Below are positions 56,899 through 64,000 of a DNA stretch of 64,000 nucleotides, piece by piece. This stretch comes from a virus, in IMG/VR virus record IMGVR_UViG_3300043399_000587, positions 1-64,000 of that record. The stretch is one strand, 5' to 3'. The position numbers were made by a program, and so were the translations under genes. The notes below the pieces were generated by a model. It saw nothing but the letters and a program-made list of their open reading frames with translations. It was not told the DNA's origin and ran no database searches. Within the stretch, counting starts at the first letter, position 1; each line of letters begins with the position of its first letter.

Positions 56899-58182
56899 AT
56901 GAGCGCAATTAATACTAACGGAATAGATGTCAATTATCCTATCCCAGGACAAAATAACAGTTCGCAGGGATTTAGAGATAATTTTGCCAGTATAAAAACA
57001 AATTTGAATACTGCCGGCGACGAAATCTCTGACCTTCAAAATAAAGTAGTTGTCAAATCAGCACTAGATAACACAGTCATTAATAATGACATGGGAAATA
57101 CTTTAATTAGCAACTGTGCTACTAGAAGTTTCAGAGCAACAACATACAATCTTGGAAATGCACTTTCTGGCACTGTTGCGGTCGACGTAAGTTTAGGTGA
57201 TGTGCAATATGGCACTGTTGCGGGAAATGTTCAATTTACATTTGGTAATTGGGCACCTTACGGAACTCAAAGTAATGTCGAGTTACAGTTAGCAGTTAGT
57301 AATTCATCAGCAGTTGTTAGTTGGCCTGCAGAAGTTGTATCTTCCAATAATAATTTTGGATTGACCACTTTAGAAAATTATGGAGGATCAGCTGGGTCTG
57401 GTAATATAAGTGTACCATATGGTGTCACGCAACTAAATTATAGACTCAGTTCTACAGACTGTGGAAACACTATTATCATAGAGCCCATCAACAGGCCTAG
57501 ACAATCAACTCAACTACAACAACGCAATCCTGCTCCTACCGGCTATCAAGGTGATGTGGCAGGAACTGTAGCGTTAGGTGATACGTATGCTCAATTAGAT
57601 ATATCTAGTACAAATTCATCTGATTATTTTACTACAGGAAATACCTCACAGTTATACACTGATTTACCTATAGTATTTACAGGTGTGAGTATGGAAGCCA
57701 ACATTACTATTGGCACTACTTATTACGTTCGTAACGTGGTTTCTAGTACAAATTTTACAGTTTCATCTACCTTAGGCGGAGCCAACGTTAATTTAGCCGG
57801 CAATTCTAGCCCAACAAGTTCAATGTATGGAAATCCAGTATCATATGCGTATGTATGCACAGACACATATAACTCCACAGCATACAGTAAAACTGTTACT
57901 GATACTACAACAAGTACTAATGTAATAACCCTTAATAATACTACGAGTTTGACATTAAATTCTCCTATCGTATTTTCAGGAACTACGTTTGGTGGAATTG
58001 TTGCAGGGGTAGTTTATTACATAAAATCTATTCCAAGCGGTACTACAATAACTGTTAGTCGTTCTAGAACAAATGGTGTTGCAGATTCCACAGTACTCTT
58101 GACTACTGCTAGTGGTAGTTGTTCAGCTACATCATATGTTGGTTCGGACATATGGAAAAGACTAACACTAAATGCATGGTGA
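56899..58182 (+). CDS. Virion fibre/baseplate-associated protein
   Basis: YP.PGQ.N.SQGFRDNF N-terminus; two copies of the shared beta module; ends IWKR..L..W. Confidence 0.65.
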   Translation: MSAINTNGIDVNYPIPGQNNSSQGFRDNFASIKTNLNTAGDEISDLQNKVVVKSALDNTVINNDMGNTLISNCATRSFRATTYNLGNALSGTVAVDVSLGDVQYGTVAGNVQFTFGNWAPYGTQSNVELQLAVSNSSAVVSWPAEVVSSNNNFGLTTLENYGGSAGSGNISVPYGVTQLNYRLSSTDCGNTIIIEPINRPRQSTQLQQRNPAPTGYQGDVAGTVALGDTYAQLDISSTNSSDYFTTGNTSQLYTDLPIVFTGVSMEANITIGTTYYVRNVVSSTNFTVSSTLGGANVNLAGNSSPTSSMYGNPVSYAYVCTDTYNSTAYSKTVTDTTTSTNVITLNNTTSLTLNSPIVFSGTTFGGIVAGVVYYIKSIPSGTTITVSRSRTNGVADSTVLLTTASGSCSATSYVGSDIWKRLTLNAW

Positions 58183-58193
58183 TAAATATTTAG

Positions 58194-58424
58194 GTGCAAC
58201 ATCCATTTATATCAAACTTATCAGATAAGAGTTTAGAAGAACTTCAAAAAACTTTATCTGAACTTACAACCAAATTAAATTTTGCCTATCGTATGGGCAA
58301 TGGGCCTCTAATCCACCAAATCAATATGGTTATTGAAAGCTATAGGGACGCATATAACAAAAAAATGGATGAAATGGTTAAAGCACAAAAAATAAACACC
58401 AAAATAAACATAGACAAAAAATGA
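58194..58424 (+). CDS. Hypothetical protein
   Basis: GTG start 5 nt after GATAAATA. Confidence 0.6.
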   Translation: MQHPFISNLSDKSLEELQKTLSELTTKLNFAYRMGNGPLIHQINMVIESYRDAYNKKMDEMVKAQKINTKINIDKK

Positions 58425-59011
58425 GTGCTAGGATCTCTAAAAAATTCTTTTTTCAAGCTGCCGTACATCACGAAAAAATATTTTTGATAAATGACTATGA
58501 AGTAGAATTGCATATGACAGTTCAAACAGATGATATGTATGAACAAAATATAGCAATGGATAGAATCAAATATCTATTTGAATTCAAATTTGACAATGCG
58601 TTATTTATAAATGCTAATGAACACAAGTCGTTGGATTTGTATTCAAAAGCAAATATCAGAGTATGTCCACTACCAGAAGATCCTTATGATCAAATCATAG
58701 GGATTCTTATTATGAATAAATGCAATGTCATTACTGAAAATAGATTAGCGATAACATCAGTACAAATTAAATCAAAACTATGTGATGATGTTATTTTTGA
58801 TATTTTTGCCGATGAGGAAACCGAGTTCCTACGACAAACAAACGTTTGGTGGAATGAAAATAATCTAAATATTGGAAATAAAACACATAAAAAAGAAAAA
58901 ATCGTAGAACTCAAAAAAGAACATAAGGATTGGAATAGTGTTGGATTGAGTTGGAAAAAAGAAAAAAAATGTGATACGGGAGAAATTCTTTTTATTCCTA
59001 TTGACAAATGA
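58421..59011 (+). CDS. Hypothetical protein
   Basis: ATGA overlap with the previous gene. Confidence 0.65.
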   Translation: MSARISKKFFFQAAVHHEKIFLINDYEVELHMTVQTDDMYEQNIAMDRIKYLFEFKFDNALFINANEHKSLDLYSKANIRVCPLPEDPYDQIIGILIMNKCNVITENRLAITSVQIKSKLCDDVIFDIFADEETEFLRQTNVWWNENNLNIGNKTHKKEKIVELKKEHKDWNSVGLSWKKEKKCDTGEILFIPIDK

Positions 59012-59029
59012 CAACGTTTGTACTATCAT
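59001..59029 (+). promoter_or_regulatory. Sigma70 promoter (TTGACA-N17-TATCAT) 6 nt before an ATG
   Basis: Read directly. Confidence 0.65.
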
Positions 59030-59035
59030 GTCGTT

Positions 59036-59542
59036 ATGAAGATAGATAATTATGGACAACATATATATTCAGAAGACGACATCTGTGGACTTTATATGTC
59101 CGATACTAACATCAAACTTAAAAAGGTCATTGTTGACCGAGAGATAAAAATATCGGATATAATTGACACTAGTTCTCTCCCAAAATTTATATTGAATACC
59201 CATAATGGTTGTTCTATAAAAGAATTTGATAGCAATTTACAATCAAAATGGTTTTTGCCTGAATCTTACAAAAACTTTGATATTGCCAAATACATATTAG
59301 ACAAGTGCAACACTGATGCTGAACTGCAGCGCGCCGGAGAAGAACTTTTACTCTTTCAAGAAAGAGATATGTTTCCGTTACTAATATATTTAAAATTTTT
59401 GGTAGATACATTACGGAATAACAATATTGTTTGGGGTGTAGGAAGAGGAAGTTCTGTGGCGAGCTTTGTGCTTTTTCTTTTGGGAGTACATAAAATTAAT
59501 TCGTTGTATTATGATCTAAATATTGATGAATTCTTGAAATAA
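59036..59542 (+). CDS. DNA polymerase III alpha (DnaE)-like N-terminal palm fragment
   Basis: R...EL......LLIYLKFLVD......I.WGVGRGSSVAS.V.FLLG...I....YDL.IDEFL. Confidence 0.8.
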   Translation: MKIDNYGQHIYSEDDICGLYMSDTNIKLKKVIVDREIKISDIIDTSSLPKFILNTHNGCSIKEFDSNLQSKWFLPESYKNFDIAKYILDKCNTDAELQRAGEELLLFQERDMFPLLIYLKFLVDTLRNNNIVWGVGRGSSVASFVLFLLGVHKINSLYYDLNIDEFLK

Positions 59543-59556
59543 TTAAGGAGAAGAAT

Positions 59557-59955
59557 ATGGGAAAATACCGCACTGCAATGGGCAGGACTGTAGATATGAC
59601 AGAACTTATGGCTAAGAATGAACGAACTAGAGCTGTAGGTAATATGAAGGTAAATGCACGTGGAGATACTATTGATGCTCACGGAAAAATTATAGAACCA
59701 ATAACAAGTAAAGTTAATAACCAATATGCAAAAACTGTCGGGAATAAAACAGCGCAACCTATTAAAGGTCAACGAGTAGTCAAACCACCTAGAAAAGGAA
59801 ATGATCCTTTACCTGAAGTGCAAAAACAAGCATCAGTAAAAACACCTACACCTGAACCAGAACTTACTAAATACGAACGTGAATTAGAAGAAGACATGCA
59901 GGATGATTTAGAAATAGAACAAATTAAAGCAAAGGGAAACAAAAATGGAATCTAA
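59557..59955 (+). CDS. Hypothetical protein (AVGNM.VNARGD)
   Basis: AAGGAG RBS. Confidence 0.7.
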   Translation: MGKYRTAMGRTVDMTELMAKNERTRAVGNMKVNARGDTIDAHGKIIEPITSKVNNQYAKTVGNKTAQPIKGQRVVKPPRKGNDPLPEVQKQASVKTPTPEPELTKYERELEEDMQDDLEIEQIKAKGNKNGI

Positions 59956-60310
59956 AGCAGCTTTTGCTCCTTATAAAATAAAAGGGTTACATCCATTACG
60001 TGATACTATCATTGTTTCTGATATGTTGTTTGATGAACGTATCAGCAGTGGCGGAATAGTTCTTATTAATGACGATATGAAAAGTTCTGGAATTCGTCCA
60101 CGTTGGGCAAAAGTATTTGCAGTAGGACCTGAACAAAAGGACGTAAAGGTAGGGCAATATATCCTAATTAGTCACGGTCGTTGGACTAGAGGCATTAGAA
60201 TAGAAGACGAACACGGTGAACACACAATACGTAAAGTTGACAACAATGATGTATTGATGGTAAGTGATGAACCTGTTAACGATCAAACAATGAGTGATAA
60301 AGTATATTAA
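59945..60310 (+). CDS. groES: Co-chaperonin GroES-like
   Basis: LHPLRD.I.V, SSGGIVL, V.AVGP...DVKVG..IL. Confidence 0.8.
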   Translation: MESKAAFAPYKIKGLHPLRDTIIVSDMLFDERISSGGIVLINDDMKSSGIRPRWAKVFAVGPEQKDVKVGQYILISHGRWTRGIRIEDEHGEHTIRKVDNNDVLMVSDEPVNDQTMSDKVY

Positions 60311-60319
60311 GGTAAAAAA

Positions 60320-60610
60320 ATGAAATGGTTTAATAAATGGTTTGCTAAGAAATGCAAACAAGCATGGGAAGATTCACGTGCGGAGGAGCCAATTAGAGAT
60401 CCTTCTTCATCACTAGGTTCAACTAAGGTTATTCACAGCCATGGCATGAATTTTACAATCTATCGTGCAAACGGTGGTTATGTAATTGAGACTAGAACAT
60501 ATGATAAGAAGCGTGATTCTATTGATCACAATCTTCACATCATCACTGACGATAAAGAGTTAGGTGAGGAACTGGGTAAAATAATCGCATATCAATCATT
60601 AAGGAGTTAA
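60320..60610 (+). CDS. Hypothetical protein
   Basis: AAGG RBS. Confidence 0.65.
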   Translation: MKWFNKWFAKKCKQAWEDSRAEEPIRDPSSSLGSTKVIHSHGMNFTIYRANGGYVIETRTYDKKRDSIDHNLHIITDDKELGEELGKIIAYQSLRS

Positions 60611-60613
60611 TAT

Positions 60614-61297
60614 ATGGAAGCAACAATCAACACATATCGAAGTGCAAGTGCCATTAACACTAGTATGGCAAGGGTGTATAAACATACCGGGCTAGCAATT
60701 TTAGTCAGTATGCTAGTTAGTTATTTTGTAGGTAATAGTCCAGAACTACTACGATTTTTCTTTACTGGTATTACTAAATGGATTGTAATTTTTGCCCCAT
60801 TAGTAGCAGTATTTGGAATTTCAATGGCATTGAATGCAAATCCTCCAAAGTCTATTGCGCAATTGATGTTATATGGATTTGCGGCACTTATGGGTTTAAG
60901 TTTTTCTACTATCTTTGCGGTATACCAACTAGGTAGTATTTTTACAGCATTTATGGGTGCAGCCGTTTTATTTGGCGTAATGAGCATTTACGGATACTTT
61001 ACTAAAACTAGTTTGGATAGTATTGGTAAATTCATGTTTGTAGGTCTTATTGCTATAATCATTGCAAGTATTATCAACATTTTTATCGGCAGTAGCGTAT
61101 TTGCTATGGTAATTAGCGCATTGGCTATTATCATTTTCTTGGGATTAACTGCATATGACACACAAAGGATTCGTGAAATGGTTAGTATAGATAGAGAATC
61201 CGGGTCAATTGAAATCCAAGGTGCCTTGTCATTGTATATTAATTTCATTAATATATTCCTATCTCTACTACAACTATTTGGTGATAAAAAAGAATGA
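60614..61297 (+). CDS. Bax inhibitor-1/YccA family membrane protein
   Basis: About 7 hydrophobic segments; F.GLTAYDTQ.I; GAL.LY.NFINIFL.LL. Confidence 0.9.
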   Translation: MEATINTYRSASAINTSMARVYKHTGLAILVSMLVSYFVGNSPELLRFFFTGITKWIVIFAPLVAVFGISMALNANPPKSIAQLMLYGFAALMGLSFSTIFAVYQLGSIFTAFMGAAVLFGVMSIYGYFTKTSLDSIGKFMFVGLIAIIIASIINIFIGSSVFAMVISALAIIIFLGLTAYDTQRIREMVSIDRESGSIEIQGALSLYINFINIFLSLLQLFGDKKE

Positions 61298-62220
61298 AGA
61301 ACACACTTTGGGTTGAATCGTACCGTCCGAAAACAATAGATGAATATGTTTTCGTGGATGAACGTCAAAAGCAACAAGTCCAACAATGGATTCGTGATGA
61401 AAGTATCCCGCATCTATTACTCAGTGGTGACCCGGGTACGGGAAAAACAACTTTGGCTAAAGTTCTTATCAATGAACTTAAAGTTGAAGATTACGATGTA
61501 CTTGAAATTAATGCGTCACGTGAAAACGGCATTGATAATTTGCGTGAAAAAATCAATGGATTCGTGCAAACTATGCCGTTTGGGCAATTCAAGATTGTAT
61601 TGTTGGACGAGGCTGATTATCTAACTCAACCTGCACAAGCAGCATTGCGTAATGATATGGAAGCATATCATCAGACAGTTAGGTACATTCTTACTTGTAA
61701 TTATCAATACAAGATTATCCCTGCACTTAAGAGTCGTTGTCATGAATTCCATATCAGTAAAACAGATATGACAGAATTTACAGCACGTGCAGCTACAGTA
61801 TTGGTAAGTGAGAATGTAGAGTTTGATTTAGATACATTGGATACATATGTTCGTGGAACATATCCCGATTTACGTAAATGTTTGAACCAACTACAAGTAA
61901 ACAGTAATACTGGTAAACTATTGCCACCAAAAACGCAAGAATCAGGTGAGAATTCGTTCTTGCTAGATGCGACTGCATTATTCAAACAAGGTAAAATCCT
62001 AGAAGGTCGTCAGCAATTGATGCAATATCTGTCACTATATCCAACACGTATTGAAGAAGTGTATCGTTGGATGTATGACAATCTAGACCTTTGGGGTAAA
62101 GAACAAGAAAAGAAAGATGCAGCTATCATTACTATTAGAAATGGTTTAGCGAATCTACCATTGGTAGGTATTCCTGAAATCTGTTTGGCAGCAACATTGT
62201 GTGAACTCACTACACCTTAA
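61294..62220 (+). CDS. Clamp loader large subunit (gp44/RFC-like AAA+)
   Basis: WVE.YRPK, GDPGTGKT, EINAS, LLDEAD, SRC. Confidence 0.92.
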   Translation: MKNTLWVESYRPKTIDEYVFVDERQKQQVQQWIRDESIPHLLLSGDPGTGKTTLAKVLINELKVEDYDVLEINASRENGIDNLREKINGFVQTMPFGQFKIVLLDEADYLTQPAQAALRNDMEAYHQTVRYILTCNYQYKIIPALKSRCHEFHISKTDMTEFTARAATVLVSENVEFDLDTLDTYVRGTYPDLRKCLNQLQVNSNTGKLLPPKTQESGENSFLLDATALFKQGKILEGRQQLMQYLSLYPTRIEEVYRWMYDNLDLWGKEQEKKDAAIITIRNGLANLPLVGIPEICLAATLCELTTP

Positions 62221-62242
62221 CTGCTACTTTTCAGTGGAAACT

Positions 62243-62356
62243 ATGTCCATACTAGAAAATTTACAAATAATGCCTTGGAAAGACAACTTGCACAAGTCCA
62301 ATAAACATTCAGAAAATGAAGAAATATTAAACATGTTACTAGAAGGAAATAAATAA
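62243..62356 (+). pseudogene. Short ORF, possible C-terminal remnant of an HNH endonuclease
   Basis: ENLQIMPWKDNLHKSNK matches the NLQ....N..K.NK end of HNH domains. Confidence 0.4.
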
Positions 62357-62360
62357 ACGC

Positions 62361-62612
62361 ATGAGATATTTATTAATAACTTTTTTAAGAAAGCCTGGCG
62401 GGCAGATTGATGAGCAAGTGCAAGTATCTAAACGTGTCAGAGCTAGTGACAATCAAATGTGTAATGTCATTTTAGATTTTGCAAACAAAAAAGTAGAAAA
62501 GTGTGTTATTGAGGGTAAAGTAGTAGAAACTGATTTTTATCGAATGGTAGAATATTACAAAAAGATTTATCCTAACTTGGTAGCACAGTTAGAACAAGAA
62601 AACAACAAATAA
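62361..62612 (+). CDS. Hypothetical protein
   Basis: 83-aa ORF. Confidence 0.65.
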   Translation: MRYLLITFLRKPGGQIDEQVQVSKRVRASDNQMCNVILDFANKKVEKCVIEGKVVETDFYRMVEYYKKIYPNLVAQLEQENNK

Positions 62613-62632
62613 ATGGGGCTTAAGCCCCATTT
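62611..62632. terminator. Bidirectional terminator
   Basis: AAATGGGGC-TTAA-GCCCCATTT between convergent genes. Confidence 0.8.
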
Positions 62633-62633
62633 A

Positions 62634-63416
62634 TTAGCCATACAATTTTAGTATGTGTTCAATGATCTTATGTCTTTGGACATCTTTTACCTCAAATTTG
62701 CATAGGCTTAGCCCCGGAACTTGATAATGATTTAATTTCTCTATAAGATCCATTAAACCGTTTTGTGCAGTTTTTCTATCTGTTTGTTCGATATCCCCTG
62801 TAATAATTAATTTACTACCCTCACCTATCCTAGTCATGATCATTTTTAGTTGACTTGGGGTGCAGTTTTGTGACTCATCAAGAATAATCCAGCTATGCTT
62901 GAAATTCCTTCCTCGGCAAAATGCTAGGGGTGCAATTTCAATAATTTGTTCTTCTAGCATTGTTTGTATTTCTTTAACTGAGTAATATTCTTTGAGTACA
63001 TCTAATAATGGACGAGTCCATGGTTCCATTTTGGCATTTAAATCGCCAGGTAAAAATCCATGCTTCTCATCATCGACACCCACTGCAGGTCTGGTCAAAA
63101 TAATCTGATTACATTCTCCTGTTCTTAGAGCCTTAATAGCGGCCTGCATAGCCAAATACGTTTTTCCCGTACCTGCAGGCCCTGAAACTACGACAATATC
63201 GGTTTCATCGTCTAGAAGGGAAATAATGTATTTTTCTTGGTTGATCGATTTAGGAATAAGTTCGATCGGCTTTCTCAATTTTTTCGGCTGTGCTTGGCTG
63301 AAATCTATTGTTTTCGACTGATTAATATAGAAGGTTTTCGCTTCATTTCTCGGGAACTCTGTATATCTAGATGAATTTTCTTTACTGCGTAATGCGCCGG
63401 TTTTACGTTTGCTCAA
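62634..63416 (-). CDS. phoH: PhoH family ATPase
   Basis: GPAGTGKT, TRPAV, GFLPG, LAFCRGR, LDESQN, TRIG, GD..Q.D; TTG start after AGGAG. Confidence 0.92.
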   Translation of the reverse strand: MSKRKTGALRSKENSSRYTEFPRNEAKTFYINQSKTIDFSQAQPKKLRKPIELIPKSINQEKYIISLLDDETDIVVVSGPAGTGKTYLAMQAAIKALRTGECNQIILTRPAVGVDDEKHGFLPGDLNAKMEPWTRPLLDVLKEYYSVKEIQTMLEEQIIEIAPLAFCRGRNFKHSWIILDESQNCTPSQLKMIMTRIGEGSKLIITGDIEQTDRKTAQNGLMDLIEKLNHYQVPGLSLCKFEVKDVQRHKIIEHILKLYG

Positions 63417-63583
63417 GTTGTTCTCCTTTTCTAGAGCTATGAATGCTTTGCATTCAAAAATATTTAAACTACTTGTAGTGCAGGATACTAGCATACTTAA
63501 AACGCAACGATCATAGATAAATATTAGGCTATCCTCTAATTTTTTTGATTTCAACAAATAATCTCTTTAGTGATAAATACTAG

Positions 63584-64000
63584 ATGAAGAATAAAACCGC
63601 AGACAATTTTTTTGACGATATTGACTTTGTAAGTATTATAAGCAACGTCAAGGGTATCATGACCAGTGATGGTTCTATGTCTACATTATTGGATTTTGAG
63701 CGTGTGCTAGACGAAGCAGATTTATACGCTTTTAAGAATTGGATCTATGGGGAACTAGTTCAAGGTCCGGATTCAGGTAGATATTCAGTAACATGCACAT
63801 TCATGTGGCCATATAAATTAATGCCTGATCCTAGTGGTGTGAAACGTCTAGCATCAATTGGATGTAGCATATCTTTTGCTAAAGGTAAAATAAAAGTTCC
63901 CATTGAAGTTAAAAACTATGATGACTTTGTGCAAGGAACTAGATATCCTAAAGGTGTTGAGAAAAAAGTTTGGTTTGTACAGATTGAAGTGCCCAAGGCA
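63584..64000 (+). CDS. 3'-truncated conserved hypothetical late protein
   Basis: ATG 4 nt after GATAAATA; open to the window end (LLDFERVLDE.DLY.FKNW..GELV.GP). Confidence 0.7.
   Translation, partial: MKNKTADNFFDDIDFVSIISNVKGIMTSDGSMSTLLDFERVLDEADLYAFKNWIYGELVQGPDSGRYSVTCTFMWPYKLMPDPSGVKRLASIGCSISFAKGKIKVPIEVKNYDDFVQGTRYPKGVEKKVWFVQIEVPKA

Overview
A 64-kb segment of an AT-rich, large T4-like myovirus genome (Caudoviricetes). No tRNA, rRNA or CRISPR array was seen. It holds four kinds of content. (1) A replication/recombination module: gp32-like SSB, UvsX, UvsY, UvsW, primase, gp41-like helicase, clamp-loader subunits, dNMP kinase, and a minimal DnaE-like polymerase split into two genes about 43 kb apart. 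(2) A GC-richer array of small early genes, each headed by a near-identical TTGACAATAAAT-N11-TAyAmT promoter. (3) Virion genes: neck, tail completion, sheath, tube, head-completion nuclease, baseplate/fibre proteins, a Gly-X-Ser collagen-like fibre and a GH19 lysin. (4) Auxiliary genes (IscA, YccA/BI-1, PhoH, MazG, Nudix, GroES, 2OG-Fe(II) dioxygenase) and GIY-YIG homing endonucleases in various states of decay. The most striking unexplained signal is a ~22-bp DNA repeat, AAAGAGCAAGGTGTGGCGGAAGG (peptide K/E-QGVAEG). It is conserved at synonymous positions and separates unrelated 60-110 aa modules inside two probable internal-head polyproteins 48 kb apart. This suggests a shufflable, protease-released cargo-cassette system. 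All product calls come from motif recognition by eye; no database searches were run.
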